64,000 nt of DNA, taken from IMG/VR virus record IMGVR_UViG_3300028832_000116, positions 1 through 64,000 of that record; one strand, 5' to 3'. Below, one piece after another: positions 58,801-64,000 of this stretch. The notes below the pieces were generated by a model. The model did not search any database, had not been told where the DNA came from, and saw nothing but the letters and a program-made list of their open reading frames with translations. The translations under genes were made by a program, and so were the position numbers. Within the stretch, counting starts at the first letter, position 1; every line of letters begins with the position of its first letter. The DNA comes from a virus (lineage: Duplodnaviria > Caudoviricetes).

Positions 58801-60931
58801 ATTAAATGTGGCAATGAGTTCCGCCGTATGGTCTGCTAAAATTACATTGTCAGATAATATTTATACATTAAAACTTTATGATATGACCGGTTCTGAAATC
58901 ACCAAAACATCGCAGTATACTCCACAAACTTTTAGCCGAGCCATTTCAGCGTTTAGCGGTAGCTGGAGTGGCAAAACGTTAACCGTTACAGCAACACCGC
59001 AAAATCAAACATGGGTCAAAAGTTTTCAACTTAAAAATACTGCTTGGTCTGGAGCTCAATATACGATATATTTTGACACATATACTCCTCCAACAACTGG
59101 TGGTATCGTTGTCGATACTGGAGAAGCGGAATGTAAATTATATCATACAATATTAGTGTCAAGCTTGATTTCTGCAATTACAGCGGATACTTTAAATGAT
59201 ATTCCTGGGAGTAATACAAGATCGACAGTAACCATTAAGGCTGTAAATTCAGAAAATACTCAATTAAAAGCTGCTGATTTTACGATTAGTGATCCAACGA
59301 CATATTACTATACCACGTCTGGTTCAGATAATAGGAAGCATTGTGTAAATTTAATGCTTGGTAATACGTTAGTTGGCAGAAAAGATATTGAAGCTTTTTA
59401 CACTACCGCATACAGTTCTGGTGAAGGTACAGGTAAATCTGAAGGTTGGAATGCTGCAAGAAATGTTGTTGTAAATAATTTTCCAACAACAACGAATACT
59501 AGTCGCACTGGTATTTCAATTATATATCCTTCAGCAACTCCAATGGCTACTGGTGAAGGTAATGATTTATCCCGTGCTTATACGATGATGAATTACGATA
59601 ATGATAATGTCGATTTAAGAACACCAGTAGGCACATCGTCAATTACTGTTGCTCGTTTCCCACATAATAAATATACAAGTGCATGGAATGCTGCTCGTAA
59701 AATAGTTACTGATAATTTACCGCAAACTGCAAATACATCAAATACTTCGATTGCAATCAAATATCCATCTGCGACTGTTGGAGGCACAACACCTTCTCAA
59801 GTATCATATTATTTATCCGAATATGATAAGAACACAATGGATATTAAAACAAGTGTCAATGGAACAGCTGTAACCGTGGCTAGAAAAGCTCATAATCAAT
59901 GGACTGCTGGAGAAACATCAGGTAAGGAAACTGGTTGGGCAAAAGCTTATGGTAAAACTTCAGTTCCAAGAGCTACTGCGACTTCAAATTCTTATACTGT
60001 TAAAAATCCAGCTCAAGATTATGATACCCAATCAGTATGGAATTATAAAATGGTCAACACGTCTGGAAGCGATAATATAGATAAAGTTGATCTTCAAATT
60101 AATACTACTGGTTCCACTTGGGTTACAGTTGCTAGATTTACGCATGGAAGATATTCTGGTGGATGGACCGTAGCAACTAGTAAAGTAAATTTACCTACAA
60201 CGGAAAATACATCAAATACTTCGATTGCGATTAAATATCCATCTGCAACAGTTGGTACTTCTGAGCCATTACAACGTTCATATTATTTATCCGAATATGA
60301 TAAGAACACAATAGATATTAAAACAAGTGTTAATGGAACAGCTGTAACCGTGGCTAGAAAAGCTCATAATCAATGGACTGCAGGTTATGAAGATGGCTCT
60401 AGTAATGCATTATCAAAATTAACGACATCTATAGGAAATGTCGTAACCACTGGTTCTAATGGAAGATTATGGGCTAGTTCATATAGAGACGTTACTGTTA
60501 AAAATAATGGTTCAGTTATATCATCGCTTACCCAAAGAGTTTATACGCCATGGCTTGTTTATACAGATAGTACTCCAAATCAAGGCTCATTTACTTCTGG
60601 ACTTAATATTGCTTTAACATGGGCTGGTACGGAGCTTGGCGTTTGGGGTGTTCCTGCAGATCGTTGGCAAGCTGGTAGAGAATATGGTTACGAAGAGTGT
60701 TACAACGAATACGCAGATATAATCGAAGGCGGTGGTGGTGGAAGTGGTGAATCAACGTCACATTCCATAAGTGTTGATACAAAATTATATACTGCTGGAG
60801 CCGCATATTCATCTGGAGGTAAATCTGGAGGAACAATTTCTAAAGGAAGTATTACTTTAGGTTATTATATGGAAGTAGTTGTAAAATGTGGAAATACTCG
60901 CCAAAGTATTTATTTCCAAGTAGTTGCATAA
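55805..60931 (+). CDS. Tal/tail-tip protein with long C-terminal fibre or receptor-binding region
   Basis: IFYGRV, YGRIVKTVVFDD tail-hub signatures; Thr/Ser-rich repeated C-terminus. Confidence 0.8.
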   Translation: MFDIYIKDYNDANGKLVSTETLVQTIPAEKPGDLKLISPIVKAEMGSAESFNFDIEGGTKFYDSFHQMKTFMRVVYDGETIFYGRVLSIENGFYGTRKLRLEGPLAFLNDTSIEGIKEESRTKISVYSYLSRLINNHNSMVADSKRTISLGEVPGDYSSNISFDQRIDNAERKFGEDNWTDTKAAVEDLRSHYGGYLRVHCNGHKGANNTYVDDGHYLDWMNHYFNKSENTQTIEVGKNVIDISTSTEIDNIFTVVIPIGNSKTTSYESADGTKKSTGPKHFYIDGREMTVPSICKENGGRYSAWELNSGYHTHDDYANAIKKYGRIVKTVVFDDAETAQELYNKCQEWIKNNYQGEVTKFTIKAVDMHQIGDKKVSKISVGDRVRIIYPVIKENGKIEKKELVRTCLSISYDLYNPENNQYTFGIPANILTKSYGVTKQGKKAQTASSSPKVESSGGGSTKTVEWLDKVTDWLAHHKICYKHKADGRTIDSDVYNPSASSDRFPWQSNYVSYEKGPYTGTNYHRNYFYDVEYSIGVGQFTLWKFTPNGEGKDFDQHELDQILFQIDQSMAGYPDATKKQAKQYAEKEYRRSREYHSWNRELITLHGILTHELIVNCNIIQYVQEEYGYDLSNMSGVTMPNLTYTDENGVQTTVVAGEGGKLVTKEMFKPDYKGDLPAGFHIVNTKNGRSVASVLDEDGNWRYWEVDKEGNVVETSIRELKWYTDESKDFRGSMIKEGYAGEDGEIHIYKFGQEIEKWANGEIVVASVDGDVVQIGSRRTKWATNVAQNFNGTFLNSIEFIVEDSEDPRAKKAIRVGSVGQASYIAKYDETLHCYVWDKDATMADVAAGTHVLLTGDGFWDTNNLALQGGVQTVQNPDGTRVTYINSDRTVIGDVDTDFTVLEALKAAGVIIETSGGHYKRNALVAESIYTVDINGVKARLQTIESDYITTQNLSSHIAHLDIVTVQSLKSTGDVSGKNIRCNNGDIYLHRETATGMEILNVAMSSAVWSAKITLSDNIYTLKLYDMTGSEITKTSQYTPQTFSRAISAFSGSWSGKTLTVTATPQNQTWVKSFQLKNTAWSGAQYTIYFDTYTPPTTGGIVVDTGEAECKLYHTILVSSLISAITADTLNDIPGSNTRSTVTIKAVNSENTQLKAADFTISDPTTYYYTTSGSDNRKHCVNLMLGNTLVGRKDIEAFYTTAYSSGEGTGKSEGWNAARNVVVNNFPTTTNTSRTGISIIYPSATPMATGEGNDLSRAYTMMNYDNDNVDLRTPVGTSSITVARFPHNKYTSAWNAARKIVTDNLPQTANTSNTSIAIKYPSATVGGTTPSQVSYYLSEYDKNTMDIKTSVNGTAVTVARKAHNQWTAGETSGKETGWAKAYGKTSVPRATATSNSYTVKNPAQDYDTQSVWNYKMVNTSGSDNIDKVDLQINTTGSTWVTVARFTHGRYSGGWTVATSKVNLPTTENTSNTSIAIKYPSATVGTSEPLQRSYYLSEYDKNTIDIKTSVNGTAVTVARKAHNQWTAGYEDGSSNALSKLTTSIGNVVTTGSNGRLWASSYRDVTVKNNGSVISSLTQRVYTPWLVYTDSTPNQGSFTSGLNIALTWAGTELGVWGVPADRWQAGREYGYEECYNEYADIIEGGGGGSGESTSHSISVDTKLYTAGAAYSSGGKSGGTISKGSITLGYYMEVVVKCGNTRQSIYFQVVA
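59804..60381 (+). repeat. 104-nt direct repeat within tail-tip gene
   Basis: 59804-59907 vs 60278-60381, 2 mismatches, offset 474 nt. Confidence 0.9.
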
Positions 60932-60963
60932 TTTTATAATTAAATAAAAAGGAGCAAATCAAA

Positions 60964-61368
60964 ATGAAAATTAGTCAGAGTGAAGCAATTAAAGCTTATA
61001 AGACAGTTTTAAATCTTAATAAGCAAAAGTTTTCATCCGGAAAAATTGCAAAGAATATTTACGATCTTTATACCGAACTTCAGCCTATTTTCCAGTTCCA
61101 GATTCAGGAAGAAAACAAGATATTTTCTGAATATCCAGATTTCGATCCTCAGCTTGGTGGAATTAAGTTGACCAACGATCCTGAACAGCGTGAAAAAGCT
61201 AAACGGGATTCAGATCAGATTGATGACAAGCTGAAAGAATTAGCTGAACTGGAAAATGAAATTAAGTTTGAGCCTTTCGAGTTATCTTTTGATCAGCTCG
61301 AAGCAGATTCTATCAAGATTTCCGGAGAAGATATTGGGAATCTTTCTAAGTTTATCAAATTTATTTAA
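60964..61368 (+). CDS. hypothetical protein
   Basis: AAGGAG RBS. Confidence 0.75.
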   Translation: MKISQSEAIKAYKTVLNLNKQKFSSGKIAKNIYDLYTELQPIFQFQIQEENKIFSEYPDFDPQLGGIKLTNDPEQREKAKRDSDQIDDKLKELAELENEIKFEPFELSFDQLEADSIKISGEDIGNLSKFIKFI

Positions 61369-61408
61369 GTAATCTAAAGTTTATATTTTTGAAAGGAGAT
61401 TTACTGAA

Positions 61409-61747
61409 ATGCCTGAGGAGAATGAATTTTATAAGAGACTTATTTTGGCGGACGGAACGGTTCTGAACAACTGCGAATGCGGTTACTATGAAAAGACACT
61501 CTGGTGCTATATCAATAAGGATATTCCTCTCCTCAGTGTATTTCAGTACTTCTCCGATATCGATAAGTACAACATGATTATATTTGAATTCGGAACAGAC
61601 TCTGTTGCAAAGCGGATTACTTATACCGGCTTTGACGAATTCAAAACACTTGATATTACTGAAGATAACTATGCTGTTAGATTAACAGGTCCTAAAATCG
61701 ATAAGGAAGAGGAGAATATTTTTGGAAGTTCCGAAGGCGGTGAGTAA
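61409..61747 (+). CDS. hypothetical protein
   Basis: GAAAGGAG RBS. Confidence 0.75.
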   Translation: MPEENEFYKRLILADGTVLNNCECGYYEKTLWCYINKDIPLLSVFQYFSDIDKYNMIIFEFGTDSVAKRITYTGFDEFKTLDITEDNYAVRLTGPKIDKEEENIFGSSEGGE

Positions 61748-61752
61748 AACGC

Positions 61753-63630
61753 ATGCAACAGATATTTACAACTAAAGTTCAAACGAATTTGGATGGCGTT
61801 TTGCAGACTACCCAGATGATTGATGGTATTATGATGACGGGTGATAATGCCGCTAACCAGATTTTAGTTGAACTGTATGACGGGATAGATAGAATAGATA
61901 TTGCACAAGATACTAAAATTGTTGGGTATTTCATTAGATCTGATGGCTTTACTCTCGAAGTCGATGGTAATGTTATTCAGGAGGATGGCGATGAATATCA
62001 TTCTATTCAGGTAGTTATTCCGGAAGCTGCATATCAGGTTTCCGGTAATCTGTCGATTGCTATTCGTATATTTAGAGATCCTGAATCAAAAACTGTTGTT
62101 ACAAGGCAGTATGCTGTTGTTACCACAGTAAGAAAATATCAGAAAATTGAAACCACAAGAAAGTATCTTAATATTATTATTGACAGGCGGTATTACAATA
62201 GTGAAACCGGAGAATGGGTTATTTTAGAAGATGGTGAAGAAGTTCCTGATGGAGCAGTTGTTGAAGAAACACAATCATCTGAATGGGTTAAACTTGAAGA
62301 TGGAGAAGAAGCTCCCGCTGGTGCAGAAATTGAAGAAACTGTCAATTATGTAACTGTTATTTTAGAAGATGGAATCGAGCCTCCAGTTGGTGTTGAAGTT
62401 GAAACTGTCGAGATTAAGAACTGGGTAACTTTAGGTGATAATGAAGAGCCGCCTCCTGGTGCAGAAGTTCAGTCGACATCTACGAATGTAGTTACATGGG
62501 GAACAAAAATCGTTGTTGCAACTCTTAATTGTTATGTTAAGATAACCGAGACAAATTCGATTATTGATGTTTATCATCATATTCCGGATGTTCAGGAATT
62601 ACTTGAATACATTGAGTTGCTTGATCAGAAGCAATTAATTGTAGATGAGAATGAAGCAGCTCGTGTAGCAGCAGAGAGAAGTAGAGTAAGTGCTGAAGGA
62701 CAGCGTGTTTTAAATGAAAGCGAACGTGTTCAAAATGAATTAGATCGTATTTCAGCAGAAGAAGGTCGATCTGGAGCAGAGGAACAGCGTGTTTCAAATG
62801 AAGACGAGCGTTATCAAGCTGAAGAACAACGTGTTCAAAATGAACAAGAACGTGTTCAAAATGAAAGCGATCGTGTAGATGCTGAATTAAATCGAGAAGC
62901 CAAAATTAATGGGATGACGGTAGAAGCTCAGGATCTTCCTCCATTTTCTACCCCTACCGCAACCATTTCTGAGGTTAATGGACATAAGCACATTATATTT
63001 GGTTTAAGACCCGGTGATCCGTTTGTGATCAGAAGAACGTTTAATTCTGTTGAGGAAATGAATTCGTATTCTGGCACAGATGTTGAAACTGGGCAATTTG
63101 TTATCATTGCATCTAATGTTAATGATCCGCATAATGCGGAAATGTATGTCAAAACGACCAATGGTTATAGTTTTGTTACTGATTTATCAGGTGCTCAGGG
63201 TATTCAGGGTCCCACCGGTTTAACTGGCAATGGTATTTCTTCTGCTGTTTTAAATGCGGATTATACCTTAACCCTGAATTTTACAGATGGAACTTCTTAT
63301 ACTAGTTCTTCTATTCGTGGTGCTAAAGGTGATACTGGAGTTAGCATTGCATCGGTTGTTTTGAATCCCGATTACACAATAACTATTAATTTCTCAGATA
63401 ATACTTCATATACAACATCAGAATCTGTTCGTGGACCTCAGGGAGCTACAGGAGAAACTGGTAAGGGCATAGATTATGTTGAGCAGAATACTGAGAACTA
63501 TCGTTTGATCATACATTTCACTGATGGTACAACGTATACGACTGAACCAATGAAGGGTGAAACTGGTGATGCTGGAACATTCTTTGATTACAATTCAGAG
63601 AATAATACATTGGAAATTTCATTCTATTAA
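61753..63630 (+). CDS. BppU-like baseplate/fibre protein with coiled-coil and collagen-like repeats
   Basis: GDNAAN...GYFIRSDG N-terminus; ExxRVxNE heptads; G-X-Y triplets. Confidence 0.7.
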   Translation: MQQIFTTKVQTNLDGVLQTTQMIDGIMMTGDNAANQILVELYDGIDRIDIAQDTKIVGYFIRSDGFTLEVDGNVIQEDGDEYHSIQVVIPEAAYQVSGNLSIAIRIFRDPESKTVVTRQYAVVTTVRKYQKIETTRKYLNIIIDRRYYNSETGEWVILEDGEEVPDGAVVEETQSSEWVKLEDGEEAPAGAEIEETVNYVTVILEDGIEPPVGVEVETVEIKNWVTLGDNEEPPPGAEVQSTSTNVVTWGTKIVVATLNCYVKITETNSIIDVYHHIPDVQELLEYIELLDQKQLIVDENEAARVAAERSRVSAEGQRVLNESERVQNELDRISAEEGRSGAEEQRVSNEDERYQAEEQRVQNEQERVQNESDRVDAELNREAKINGMTVEAQDLPPFSTPTATISEVNGHKHIIFGLRPGDPFVIRRTFNSVEEMNSYSGTDVETGQFVIIASNVNDPHNAEMYVKTTNGYSFVTDLSGAQGIQGPTGLTGNGISSAVLNADYTLTLNFTDGTSYTSSSIRGAKGDTGVSIASVVLNPDYTITINFSDNTSYTTSESVRGPQGATGETGKGIDYVEQNTENYRLIIHFTDGTTYTTEPMKGETGDAGTFFDYNSENNTLEISFY

Positions 63631-63662
63631 CAATCAAAATGGAAACAGGAGGTTGATTTCCT

Positions 63663-63938
63663 ATGACTAAAATTAACTGGAAGGTTCGTTTTAAGAACAA
63701 AGTTTGGTTAACCTCGTTTATTAGTTTACTTGTTGGTTTTATATTTAATGTTTTAAAGCTGTTTGATATTGTTCCTTCAGTTACTCAGAATCTTGTTATG
63801 GATATTGTTGGACAGTTTTTAACATTCCTTGGTCTGTTTGGTGTTGTAGTTGACCCGACGACAGCTGGATTTGGAGATAGCAATCGTGCTCTGAATTATG
63901 AAGAGCCGTGGAACGACGAAACAGATAAGGATGAGTAA
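63663..63938 (+). CDS. holin (phi LC3 type)
   Basis: INWKVRFKNK...GVVVDPTTAGFGDS; two TM helices. Confidence 0.9.
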   Translation: MTKINWKVRFKNKVWLTSFISLLVGFIFNVLKLFDIVPSVTQNLVMDIVGQFLTFLGLFGVVVDPTTAGFGDSNRALNYEEPWNDETDKDE

Positions 63939-64000
63939 TGCATGTCAGAGATTACAAAGGCCGTTGGACAATTCGTAGCAAGCCACGTAAGTCTTTCGGT

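Noticed and set aside
59730-60381. Diversity-generating retroelement TR/VR pair
   Set aside because: Both copies are in-frame coding, differences are not adenine-specific, and no reverse transcriptase is seen
1-64000. Integrase, repressor or tRNA genes
   Set aside because: None recognised by eye; lifestyle cannot be settled from a partial genome

Overview
AT-rich window of a tailed (siphovirus-type) phage genome. All credible genes lie on the + strand with strong GGAGG ribosome-binding sites. A Gram-positive (Bacillota) host is likely but is an inference. The assembly appears circularly permuted, with a candidate cos site (CGCCGCCCT, 29691-29699) in the middle. 1-18.3 kb: accessory/early genes, including many small membrane-anchored or Cys-rich proteins, a lysozyme-SH3 protein, and a divergent adenylosuccinate-synthetase / J-domain-pseudokinase / vWA module. 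18.3-29.7 kb: iteron-like origin, a fused SF3 helicase-primase-family B DNA polymerase, SSB, SF2 helicase, two nucleases and a 1007-aa two-barrel (DFDGD) RNA-polymerase-like protein. 29.7-64 kb: HNH, terminase, portal, protease-scaffold-capsid polyprotein with a -1 frameshift extension, tail genes, a 2995-aa tape measure, fibres and holin. Most notable: (1) six proteins, including the RNAP-like protein and a SLOG-domain protein, share an N-terminal LxHYG tag, and the same hydrophobic-x-His core punctuates the protease/scaffold/capsid polyprotein, suggesting a protease-processed capsid cargo system; (2) a PurA-fold enzyme that has lost the aspartate-binding loop; (3) separate early and late repeated DNA motifs, two early copies driving ORF-less structured RNAs; (4) several other structured intergenic RNAs. 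Family assignments come from motif recognition by eye; no searches were run.
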